Source of the DNA: Octopus vulgaris
Lineage: Eukaryota
Assembly (NCBI GenBank): GCA_951406725.2
Contig: OX597821.1
Span: 114,514,001-114,578,000 of the forward strand
Length of the DNA stretch: 64,000 nucleotides
Direction of reading: 5' to 3'
How positions within the stretch are numbered: position 1 is the first letter of the stretch; every line of letters begins with the position of its first letter. Below, piece after piece: positions 1 to 10,398 of the stretch. The position numbers were made by a program, and so were the translations under genes. The notes under the pieces are model-generated. The model was not told the DNA's origin, did no database searches, and was given only the letters and a program-made list of their open reading frames with translations.

Positions 1-379
1 AAATGTAACTAAAAGTCCCTGCGCTTTTAGTTACATTTCCTGAGGAGTTGTATGCACCTGAGCACTATCCAATTTCATTATTATCATTAAGGCGGTACAT
101 CATCGTCGTTTAACATCCACTTTCCATGCTGGCAATGGGTTGGACGATTTGTCTTAGGACTGGCAAACCAGAAGTTTGCACCAGGCTCCAATGCTTAGTG
201 GCATTCTCTCTTCGCATTCTGAGTTCAGCTTTGCTTCTCATCCTTTCGGAGTCAATGTAATCAACTAGTCTCTTCCTCCCCAAATTCCAGGCTTTGTACC
301 TTTAATATAAAGGATTATTGAGTTGTGTTATTGCTTTTTAAGATTCCATTATTTCGAGACCTATTGAGTCAAGTACATC

Positions 380-697
380 AAAATCAAATGGAAATTGTAG
401 TTGTGATCCCTGTGCCAGTGGCACGTAAAAAGTAGCATCCGAATGTGACCGATGCTAGCATCACCTTAACTGGCTTCCGTGCCAGTGGCATGTAGAAAGC
501 ACCAACCGATTGTGGCCCTTGTGCTGCTGGCACGTAAAAAGCACCCACTACACTCTCAGATTGGTTGGTGTTAGGAAGGGCATCCAGCTGTAGAAACACT
601 GCCAGATCAGACTGGAGCCTGGTGCAGCCTTCTGGCTTCCCAGACCCCAGTCAAACCCATGCCAGCATGGAAAACGGACGCTAAATGATGATGATGG
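380..697 (+). mobile_element. RTE 3'-end copy
   Basis: gtggcacgtaaaaagcacccactacact...ggaagggcatccagctgtagaaac...gatgatgat. Confidence 0.8.
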
Positions 698-3288
698 GTT
701 GACAGAGCTGATTTTTCCATGTTGATCTGTCCACTTTTTCATTGAAGTTTTTCTTTATTAATTATTTCACATAAAATATCCTATTTACCACCTAATCTTC
801 ACTAAACAGTTAATTAATACTGCTTCTTTCTTTAATTTTTCAGGAAGAAGAATGGGAGAGCTGGGAGTAAAACTATCATTTTATGTATGTATATAACAAT
901 AAATACACCACTATAACAACTGTGACTGCTTTCGTTGTTTGGAACACTGAGAAACACCTGGCTAATGTATATATTATTTTTACCAGATGATAAACAACTG
1001 ATCCTTCAATCTGTTTAATTTCTTATTTCTTTACTCCTGAATTCACAAATATTCGTTTTCCATAATAAACTTAAAATGTCATGGCTTTTGGAGATTTCAT
1101 GAATACTTCACATTTATCGTGTTCCATATTTTTCAGATTTGCATTTCTTTGGATTGAACCCAAACACCCATGATTCACAATGATCAATATAGATATGAAA
1201 GTAAACAGTTTGATCAGTCTTTAGTACTTATTTCAAGCAGAGATACATAGACATTAGCATAAATCAAAGATAGGAAAATTAATTTCGCTGTTTTTCTTGG
1301 TTGTTTAATTTGTATAATGCAGAATAGCCATATATTTTCTTTAGCAAACCCCCTGTGTTTTTCCTTTTATCATATTTTTTGCCCAGTTATATGCAAATTG
1401 CAGCCCTCAGGACTTTCTGAAGAGCATACATCATCTTAGTCTGTTTCCATGCTGGTATGGATTAGCTGGGTTTGACTGGAACTGGTAAGCCAAAGAGCTG
1501 CACCAGGTTTCAGGCTGATTTGGCATGGTTTCTGCATCTGGATGTCCTTCCTAACACCAACTACTCCAGGAGTGTAATGGGTGCTTTTTACATGCCACCA
1601 GCACACCTAACAAAAAAATTAGCTTGAATTTATTTTTTAGTAGCATGGCCCACTGGATTATGAGTCACCTCTCAAGCAACCTGCTTCTTGGAAGAAGTTG
1701 CCCTTGCCTGCTTTAGCTTCTCAATACTTGGAATAAAGCCTCTTCCTCACCTTACACTTTGTGAACGGCAGAGTGAGGTCTTTTCTTGCGTTGCAAGTTA
1801 CTTAGCAACATTGCCAGTGTCAAAAGAAATAGCATTTAGTCCTTACTGGAAGGTGGTTGGAGTTAGGAAGGCCTCCAGCTATACGTGTGTGCATTTACAC
1901 AGGTGCATGAGTGGCAGGTAGATAAATCTGCTGTAAAATCAGATTATTCTGAGTTCAATCGCACTCTGTTACACTCTTACTTGCTTAAAGCTTTGTGAAA
2001 AGTTGTCAGAGACAAATATAATATTGTGTCAGTAAGGAATAGCAGAACGTCAGTTATCTCCCTTCACTTTTGCTCGTCTTTATCCGACAAAACCTGGAAC
2101 ACTTGAAGGTGGGGCTCCTGTGTGGATGTATTCTGATTACTGAAACCAGAAAATAAAGATATATGTATGTATGTGTGGTTAATAAGTTCACTTTGCAACC
2201 ACAAGGTTTCTGGTTCAGTCCCATTGTGAACCACTTTGGATAGATGTCTTCTATTATGGCCCCCCCCGCCCCCAGGTCAACCTTGTGAGTGAATTTGGTA
2301 GGCAAAAACTGGTAGCTTGTGTGTTCGTCCCCTACCCACTGCTTCACAGCTGATGTAACCTAGCAGTCTGACAAAAGAGACCAATAAAATAAGTAGTAAA
2401 TTTGTAAAAATGTAAGTATTGGGGCTCAGTTTGCTTGACCAAACTCTGCAGAACAGTGCCCCAGCATGGCCACATGCCAATGGCTGAAACAAAAGAAAGA
2501 AAGAGACACGTATGTTATATATATGAATATACATTGAAAAAAATTATACATCTGGATCTCTATATTACATGCAATATTCTGCAGAAGCTTTCATGAGACT
2601 GAAGAAGAGACAACTGTAAATGACAAAAGCTTGGTGTAATGTACGTACATACATACACACATACATGCACACACATACGTTGGATAAAACAATCAAGGAA
2701 CTTGGTGGTGGTGGTCTGTATGGATAAGACATTTTTTTTAAAAACAAACATCAAAAGAGTACAGTGACATTGCCATGGGGGCAGCGGGGTTCTCTACACC
2801 TCCATCTTGGACAGAGACCTTTTGCAGGGTAAAGATGACACAAGAGGGAATTTTAAAAAGTCAGCAGTTTTACATCATCTCTGCGAAACTGAGCAGCACC
2901 CAGTTTCTCAAAGAGGATGAGGAATGAAGTAACTTTGTTGTCTTATTTCCCTTCTGTTATCTTTACCTCAAAGAAGGACACATTTTATGCCATTCAATAC
3001 TCTACTACAGCAATTTCACTCTTAATTTCTCTCTCACATATATATATATATGTATATACATGTGTATAATATATATGTTGTGCACATGTATGTATGGTAA
3101 TTGTCATCTTAATATGCATCTCAGATTTAATTTTAAATTTCATAAAAAGTCACCATTTTACAACTCATTTCAGGAATCTCTATTGTTTAAAGAAATTTCT
3201 TGGTCCAAAAATATTTCCTCAATAATTCTGGAACCATTTTAAGTCTTCAAACTTTGTAACAACTGATTTACATTATCATTAACCAATT

Positions 3289-6200
3289 TTATTTTGGATT
3301 TTTGGAAAATAATTTTTTCTTTTTTTTTAAATTCCAAGAATTAGCAGGTTTCTTACTTGGAATGGTCATGTAACCATCTGGGTGGACACTGTCCATGTAA
3401 GCAAGTGACCGATCATAAATGTATAACGGATGTTTAGGGTTGGTATATCTCTGGTCATCATATGCATAACAGGGTGGCTGGTGTGATTGTGGTTCTTTGT
3501 AAAGATACATGTCAGAAATCGCATCATCATATATAAATTGCTCTGTCATTATTTTATTCTCAAAGATGGTTGGCATCACTTGAGGGTCAACTGGTCGGGA
3601 TACAGTTCTGGGGAATCTTGACTGAAAACTCTGGGTTCTCAGAGGAAATTTTCTGATGCCATAACTTAAATCATCCATTGAGAAATTTGGTTTAAATTTA
3701 TCAAATGGACTTCCCCATAAATAATTAGTTTCTCTTGCCAATTTCTCTCTAAACAAGGAATTATTTAATTTATCAAAATCATTTGCATTGCTATTATTCT
3801 CAGCAAATTCTAACCCTTTTAACTGGACTGACACTTGCCAGTTCTTGATATCTTCTTCAGAAATAAAATCTCCAACGTAAGAAGGTTTGGCGTCAGCATA
3901 AACATTAGCGAGTTTTTTCTGGTATTTACCTGTCAATGACAGTTTTGAAGAATTATCGTCTCCAGCACCATATATTCTCTGATCTGTACAATGTTTTTCA
4001 GACTTATTATTCATATTAATACTTTCTCTAGAACATTCCTTTCTCTCTCTAGCTAAAGGTTCCAAAACAATCGGATCTTTGAGATGTGAAAGTTTCTCGA
4101 ATACCAAGTCCTCTTTCTGACAAACTCTTGAAGTAATTCCTTTCTCTTCAAGCCCCATTTTCTCCTGTTCGTTATTACATTTCCAATCAATATTTGGTTG
4201 TAATCTGCCATTACAGGTACCAGATATCTCACACCGAGAACTGCTTTGACTCTCAAATCCTTCTGATTGTCGCAGAGTGTTTTGACTGTTATCAATATTA
4301 TTGCCATCAACATCTTTTCTAATTAATTCATTTACATCTTCATTACAGTTATTCTGATTAATTAATGGAATTTGGTCACAACTGACTTGAGACCTTTTCT
4401 GCAAACTTGCCATCGACGAACCATCTTGTACAAGATCTTTGGTAATATTTCTCTGTCTGGATTTTTCAGAGAAGGCATGGCTGCTCCCACTGAAACTGGA
4501 AGTATGGTGGTCAGATATTCTAGACAAATGGTCCAGTACATCAAGAGCCCAGTCACGATCATCTATAGTTCCAAAATTTGAAGAATTAACCTCATTATCC
4601 TTTTCAACATCCTCATCGTTATCCGTGAGATAATTACTTGATAGATTTGCTGTTGTTTTTCTATCAGTTAACGAGGTTTCATTTTGAACTTCTTTCGCAG
4701 AATTTTTCCCTTCTTGAAAATCCTTAACGTTTTCTGTGTTTTTATCTTCTAAATATTTCACCTTCACCAAATTACAAACAGGTGTTTCACTTTTCACCTC
4801 ATCCAGTATATCGTTTGCACTACGCCACTTTTTCCGATCAAAAAGATCAATGCTGCGTCCAAATTTGAACGGAGAATTAACTAAAGTTTGAATACGAAGT
4901 GGGCTTAGTTTGTCTTTTAATTTTGATAAACGGTTTTTATCCATAATGCTTATTGATTGAGATCGACCCAGCTTCAGAGGAGAATTCTTCAACTGTTGAA
5001 TTGTTAAAGGACTTAAACGGAAAGCCTTATGTAGTTCTTCAGGTTTTATTTTCTCTTTAGGGAGATCTTTAGGAACTTGTGGTCTTCTAGGCTGTTCTTC
5101 ATTATCAGATTCACACAAAGAATTTTGGGAATAGCTAATAGGGTCTTGGTTATGATTCAGTGTTTTGGATACAATAGTATTATGTGAATAAGAATCATCA
5201 GAATCAGGTTTCTTAAACTCTTGGAATATTTTTGCATCAGTTTCATCGTGATTTTCGTGAAAACTGTTGGAATTGAATTCGTTTCCATTATATTTCTTCT
5301 CTTGTGTCACTTCGGTCTTGCATACCTCCTTAGGAATCCTACCAAAAGATGTACCTGCAGCTGTTCTCTGTTCATTGATAATTTCTTGGTTCTTTGTCAT
5401 ATTTTCTTTGATTTCTGGAGAAATTGGACTAATTGCAATTCCAGAATGAATGTGTGAGGACATTTTTTTTAATTTGGTCAGGTTTTGAGGACTGTCTTCC
5501 TCATTTGTTGTTTGAGATTTTGTAGCATCAACCTCAGTCGGCTCGTGTGAAGAATCAACTTCATCGGATGTTGATTGACTCTTCAACGATTCCATTTCTG
5601 ACTCTAAATTATTTGTTTCAGAATTCAAACAATTGTCCAACGCTTCCAAATGTTTGGCTGCTTTATCTTCGGCCGATCGAGCATCACTAACCGAATCTGG
5701 GAAACTGGAAAGTGAAGTGACAGAGGTTGTATCCGTATCTGTGTCAGTTGAGTGGGAGGAGTTAAATGGAACCGAAAGAGACCGTTCTGGAAGATACGGA
5801 TGCTTACAGCTGAACAACGGAGACTGATTACTGTTAAGTGGGACACTAGGAAGTGCCGGTGCTGTCCTGTAAGACGGGCAAATTTCTGCAGCAGATTTTA
5901 TTGTTTGAGAATCTGGTGGAATGGAGAGATTGAAATCAGAATAAACAGTAAATTGTCCATGTGATAAACAACGGTCATTAGCAATTGATTGAGCGGCAGT
6001 TATTGATCTTTGTCCTTTATTATAATTACAGTCTATACCTGGCATCCCTGAAATCTCAGTACCTTGTGGGTAGTTCTGCGTTTTACCATGGAAAGTGTAA
6101 TCAGGTGGAACTGATGTTGGTCTGTTTGAGGACTCACCATATTGGGAGTAACATTCTTGCTCTTTGGGAGATTGATTTGGAATCACAGAAACCGATCTTA

Positions 6201-8091
6201 CAGGAGACACTGTGAGATTCCTTAAAGCTTCTATACTGGTTACTTTATCTGGTGGCACCGACATGGACTGCACTGGTGATATGGTCAGCTGCCGGAAGTC
6301 ATAGCAATCTGTCTCAGTAGCATTATTAGAACCATAAGTGGTTGATCTGGGTGGAATTTTCCTAAGATTTTTGAAACTTGCTCTGAAGAGATTTTCATTT
6401 GGTGGAGCACTTTCAGAACGTCTCGAAGAAATAGTACAATACCTAAAGTCATGATCGACAATTGGTTCTTTTGGGTTATTTTGCCTGGAGAGTACGGTTC
6501 GGCCTCGTAAGGATCCGTAATTGGCTGATGGATTTGGTGGTGCTGACACACATCTATTAGCAGAGGGTTTGTCACTGTACACAACATATGTATGAGCATC
6601 GGAGGGTTGTTGTTGCTTGCAGTTATATTCAGGGCGGACATTAGCTTTGTCATAAACACCACCATCATGGCAAGGAGAAAAAGCTGAAGAGCAAGGATAC
6701 TGACTAATATAATGGTTTGGTCTGTATGGTAATGTGCGATACGCAGCATGATTAGGCACTTGTTTACAGCTGTAAGGATCTGCAGTGGAGAAATTCCTCA
6801 AAGCCTGATTGTCATTTAAAGTGTTTAGATTTTCAAGACTTGTAGCTTTACGTATTTGGTACGATGCTGCATTCTCCATCAAATTACTGTGGGAACAGTT
6901 TTCAGCATAGGACATTCTCTTGTGAGAACAGTAATTGTTACAATTAGTCACTGGATTGTAACACTGTTGACGATTTAGGCAATGAGCTGGCTCGTTATAG
7001 ACTTGATGACATGGAGGTCTTTGAAGGTAACTTTGGTAGGTAAATTCTTCTGAATTGGAGCCATGTACTCTTGGGCTACGCATGTCATAGAATCTCCCAG
7101 CATGGTCCCTTGGATAATGACGTATTTCATAATTTGGCCAGGGATGACCTTGCTGAAAGGAACCTGATTTGGAATCTAGAGTCTCTTGGTTTGTACAATA
7201 CTGACCTGTATTTAGAACTGGGGACATTTCTTTGTAAGTGGGAGTCTTTATAGCATTCAAATGACGGCGAAAGGAAGACCGTAATCGTGTTAAGGGACCT
7301 TCCTTGGTTTTACATTCCATTGGTTTCGTAGTTGGTTGGTAAACGCTATTCAAATAGGTGTACTTGGCTGGTTTATTGTTAGGGTCACGATATTTTTCGA
7401 GCATTTCAAGATAACGGTCAGATTCTTCCCTAGATTCCTGCCAGTTATGGTATTGATCAGAAAGATTATCCAATGTCGAAACGGAGGAGGATTTGACATT
7501 TTCACTATGATGTCTTGCTAGAGGACGTCTCCCTTTTGTTAAATGGTACACCGGTGAAACTGTTGCGTTTGGCATCTGAGATATTTGAGGGTAATAATTG
7601 GGGTGGACTTGCATATCAGATGGAGCACTCATCAACTTTGCCTTTGATATGCCATCTTTGAAATTGCCAGATTTATTACATTTCAGTTGGCGCCTCAGCG
7701 AACCATTTTCTGCATCTTCCTTCCTTTTATATCTATCCACAGTCAAAGAACCGTGCTTTATTTTCCTTTTGATAGATTTTGAACTGTAAGGAGTAACCTC
7801 TTCTTCAATAACAGACGAGGTAAATATTTTATTTGTGGTAGGTTCGTTAGCTCTTTCAAGGTATGTGGAGTCATCAAATAATGTACCCTGGTTGACAGCG
7901 GGGGACACGCTACCAGAAATACTGGGACTGCTATCAGTGCGGGAGAAAAAGTGTATGTTATCACTCATCTTGGAATAGCAACCAATTGGATCTTCTCGAC
8001 AAGGATACACACTCGAAGTATGTCGGATGCTGCTGTCAATTATATGTTTGTTCATTAACGAGCGATTGGATGTGAGTGATGATGATGAAGG
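3289..8091 (-). CDS. XKR: Giant terminal coding exon of the XK-related gene; 1600-aa low-complexity cytoplasmic tail
   Basis: Uninterrupted ORF 3289-8145. Acceptor ttacAG at 8093-8092 gives a phase-0 start (PSSSSL) matching the phase-0 donor of the 9747 exon. S/N/P/K/E-rich, no recognisable domain, no repeat insertions, ends in TAA. Confidence 0.85.
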   Translation of the reverse strand, partial: PSSSSLTSNRSLMNKHIIDSSIRHTSSVYPCREDPIGCYSKMSDNIHFFSRTDSSPSISGSVSPAVNQGTLFDDSTYLERANEPTTNKIFTSSVIEEEVTPYSSKSIKRKIKHGSLTVDRYKRKEDAENGSLRRQLKCNKSGNFKDGISKAKLMSAPSDMQVHPNYYPQISQMPNATVSPVYHLTKGRRPLARHHSENVKSSSVSTLDNLSDQYHNWQESREESDRYLEMLEKYRDPNNKPAKYTYLNSVYQPTTKPMECKTKEGPLTRLRSSFRRHLNAIKTPTYKEMSPVLNTGQYCTNQETLDSKSGSFQQGHPWPNYEIRHYPRDHAGRFYDMRSPRVHGSNSEEFTYQSYLQRPPCHQVYNEPAHCLNRQQCYNPVTNCNNYCSHKRMSYAENCSHSNLMENAASYQIRKATSLENLNTLNDNQALRNFSTADPYSCKQVPNHAAYRTLPYRPNHYISQYPCSSAFSPCHDGGVYDKANVRPEYNCKQQQPSDAHTYVVYSDKPSANRCVSAPPNPSANYGSLRGRTVLSRQNNPKEPIVDHDFRYCTISSRRSESAPPNENLFRASFKNLRKIPPRSTTYGSNNATETDCYDFRQLTISPVQSMSVPPDKVTSIEALRNLTVSPVRSVSVIPNQSPKEQECYSQYGESSNRPTSVPPDYTFHGKTQNYPQGTEISGMPGIDCNYNKGQRSITAAQSIANDRCLSHGQFTVYSDFNLSIPPDSQTIKSAAEICPSYRTAPALPSVPLNSNQSPLFSCKHPYLPERSLSVPFNSSHSTDTDTDTTSVTSLSSFPDSVSDARSAEDKAAKHLEALDNCLNSETNNLESEMESLKSQSTSDEVDSSHEPTEVDATKSQTTNEEDSPQNLTKLKKMSSHIHSGIAISPISPEIKENMTKNQEIINEQRTAAGTSFGRIPKEVCKTEVTQEKKYNGNEFNSNSFHENHDETDAKIFQEFKKPDSDDSYSHNTIVSKTLNHNQDPISYSQNSLCESDNEEQPRRPQVPKDLPKEKIKPEELHKAFRLSPLTIQQLKNSPLKLGRSQSISIMDKNRLSKLKDKLSPLRIQTLVNSPFKFGRSIDLFDRKKWRSANDILDEVKSETPVCNLVKVKYLEDKNTENVKDFQEGKNSAKEVQNETSLTDRKTTANLSSNYLTDNDEDVEKDNEVNSSNFGTIDDRDWALDVLDHLSRISDHHTSSFSGSSHAFSEKSRQRNITKDLVQDGSSMASLQKRSQVSCDQIPLINQNNCNEDVNELIRKDVDGNNIDNSQNTLRQSEGFESQSSSRCEISGTCNGRLQPNIDWKCNNEQEKMGLEEKGITSRVCQKEDLVFEKLSHLKDPIVLEPLARERKECSRESINMNNKSEKHCTDQRIYGAGDDNSSKLSLTGKYQKKLANVYADAKPSYVGDFISEEDIKNWQVSVQLKGLEFAENNSNANDFDKLNNSLFREKLARETNYLWGSPFDKFKPNFSMDDLSYGIRKFPLRTQSFQSRFPRTVSRPVDPQVMPTIFENKIMTEQFIYDDAISDMYLYKEPQSHQPPCYAYDDQRYTNPKHPLYIYDRSLAYMDSVHPDGYMTIPSKKPANSWNLKKKKKLFSKNPK

Positions 8092-8379
8092 CTGTAATGA
8101 GAAACAAATATGAATATATGAATAAACAAATATGAATATAGACACAATTTCAATAGAAACTAATAAAATACTTGTTAATTAACTTTTGTGATGGTAACTC
8201 ATTAAGTTCTCTCACAGATAAGACTTGTGTTAATCTTTTTGTTACCATATTTCTGTAGAAATACACATTATTTCAATTGTTTGAAAATATTTGTTTCAAA
8301 TGCTGGCTTTTGATTATATCAAGCAAAGTGCTCACCTGACACTTGTTTTATCAATCCTGAAAGGACAAAAGGCAAAGCC

Positions 8380-8698
8380 GACGGCCATGCTGGAGCACTG
8401 CCTTTAGTCGAATAAATCGACCCCAGGACTATCAGTCTCTTTTGCCGAACCACTAAGTTACAGGGATGTAAACACACCAGCATTGGTTGTCAAGCGAAGG
8501 TGGTGAGGACAAATACAGACACACACACACATATACAATAGGCTTCTTTCAGTTTCCGTCTACCAAATCCACTCACAAGGCTTTCATTGGCCCAAGGCTA
8601 TAGTAGAAGACACATGCCCAAGGTGCCATGCAGTGGGACTGAACCTGGAACCATGTGGTTGGTAAGCAAGCTACTTACCACACAGCCACTCCTGTGCT
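8380..8698 (-). mobile_element. tRNA-derived SINE, family A
   Basis: Minus strand head aggagtggctgtgtggtaag (A box) ... ggttcagtccc (B box) ... ccttgggc; many copies in the window. Confidence 0.75.
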
Positions 8699-9746
8699 TA
8701 CATGAAAGAAAATTAGCGGAGAACTTTCATCTAATTCTTCCAAATCTTTCTATTGAAACTGTTTGTGGAGAATTTTTTATCATAGCAACTGTTTGCACAC
8801 CACAAGGTTTAACGGAACCTATTGAAGCAAGCCAGCATGCCTGCAGCATTACCACGAGCAATGGCAAGGATAAGGCATTGGAAAAGCCAAAGCAACCTCA
8901 CAGGCATCACCTGACACCTAACGAAGAATATAATAAAAATACCATTGTCGCTATTAAGCTAAGGTTTGGAAGATAACATGAAATTTTAGTGGGAAATTTT
9001 AATTTAGATCACTTTAAAACTGGAGGATTGTATCGTAAAACCAGGAGTGAGGTGGCCACAGGTGTGGGTAGGTCTCAGGCAGTTTGGTGTCCAAAAGATT
9101 AAATTGATACCTTTTCTCAGTGAAAAGAAATATTCTCTATCAGCTTCAAAGGTTGAAAACCAGGAGAACTTTCAATGCGTCATAAAAGCCTTGACTGTCC
9201 AATCTTTTTTTTTTTTCTTCATGGCACAGTCTTTGACAGCAACAGCAGAATTTGATTTGAGAAGAATTTGTCTGCTATTTCTGGCAGATCATCAACTACA
9301 TAGGGGTCTTTCTAATTGGATTGTTGAGTATTTCTTTAACTTGGTTTGTTAAGCTCAAACTAATTAACAAAATATCTGGTCAAATGTAATATCACAGGTG
9401 AATTCTTGCAGAGTGAAATAAGTGAGATTCTCAGAAAATGGGAGCAAGAGCCACTACACTGCAACACCTTTTAAACAAAAGAGGAAGAAAACATACATTT
9501 GATTTCAAATCTTAGCACAAGGCCAGTAATTCTGAGAGAGAGAGTCAATTACATTGACCCCAGTACTCATCTGGTACTTATTTCATCAAACCTGAAAGGA
9601 TGAAAGGCAAAGTCAACCTCAGCAGAATTTGAACTCAGAACATAACAACGGATGAAATGCTGCTAAGCATTTTACCCAGCATGCTAACGATTCTACCAGC
9701 TCACTGCCTTGGAAAGCAAAATGTATTTTCAAAATTCATTTGTTAC

Positions 9747-9859
9747 CTTGGCTCTTTCTATTCTGGCTATAGTTTTATCTTCTGTTGATGTACAATCTTC
9801 TGTGGAATTCTTTTGGTCAGGATGGTAGCAGCAATAAAACAAGAGCAAACAGACCACTC
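9747..9859 (-). CDS. XKR: XK-related scramblase exon: last TM helix and start of tail (GVVCLLLFYCCYHPDQKNSTEDCTSTEDKTIARIERAK)
   Basis: Not in the ORF track; read by hand. Poly-T tract plus ctgtAG acceptor at 9861-9860, donor GTAAC at 9746-9742. Encodes the XK C-terminal Y...HP motif. 113 nt, phase 1 in and phase 0 out. Confidence 0.88.
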
Positions 9860-9889
9860 CTACAGCAGAAAAAAAAAAAAAAAAAAGTA

Positions 9890-10398
9890 TATATATATAT
9901 AAAACTGTAGTTGTGTGAGTGTCTGTCCCCTTCGATTTAGATTTCTAACTCCTCCCACATTTTGCGGTGCAGTTTAACCAAATTCGGGTATCTTATAGTC
10001 GTGATTCATATCGAGCCCGTCTGGCTATTACCGCGCGTCAACGATGAGTCTACGATTTTAAAAATAATTTAACATCATTTTTTATTCCATTTTAATGCAT
10101 AATTTTTCGTGTGTCGATGGCGGCGGAGTTGGCGTCCACGCTCACAGCTGCACCTGTTTGCTTCTCCCCCTTCCCTCCCTCGTGAAGCTGTGGGGAAGGG
10201 AGTGTAAAGAAATCAACGTCGTAATGCGTTGTCAAGGAGACCAGTGTTCTTTTAGAACAACGACTTCATGGCTTGAAGACACCAAAACAGAAATGGCTAA
10301 GAAAGCCCGAATTGGCATCTATAAGGGAAGTAACTCTCTAAAAATGCTTATATAGTTATTTCCTTACAAACCCGAGCAACACCGGGCGATACTGCTAG
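9890..10398 (+). mobile_element. Non-autonomous Helitron-like element
   Basis: Begins in TATATAAAA and ends with the hairpin cccgagcaacaccggg followed by CTAG|T at 10395-10399. Confidence 0.7.

Noticed and set aside
2760-2990. GC-richer unique stretch downstream of the stop codon as an extra exon or SECIS element
   Set aside because: The frames I translated close quickly and no ATGA...AA...GA kink-turn hairpin with correct spacing could be built; probably 3' UTR.
8092-8145. N-terminal 18 aa of the 1618-aa ORF as the true start
   Set aside because: The start is a non-ATG codon in AT-rich intron-like sequence ending in an AG acceptor; it is better explained as read-through into the intron.
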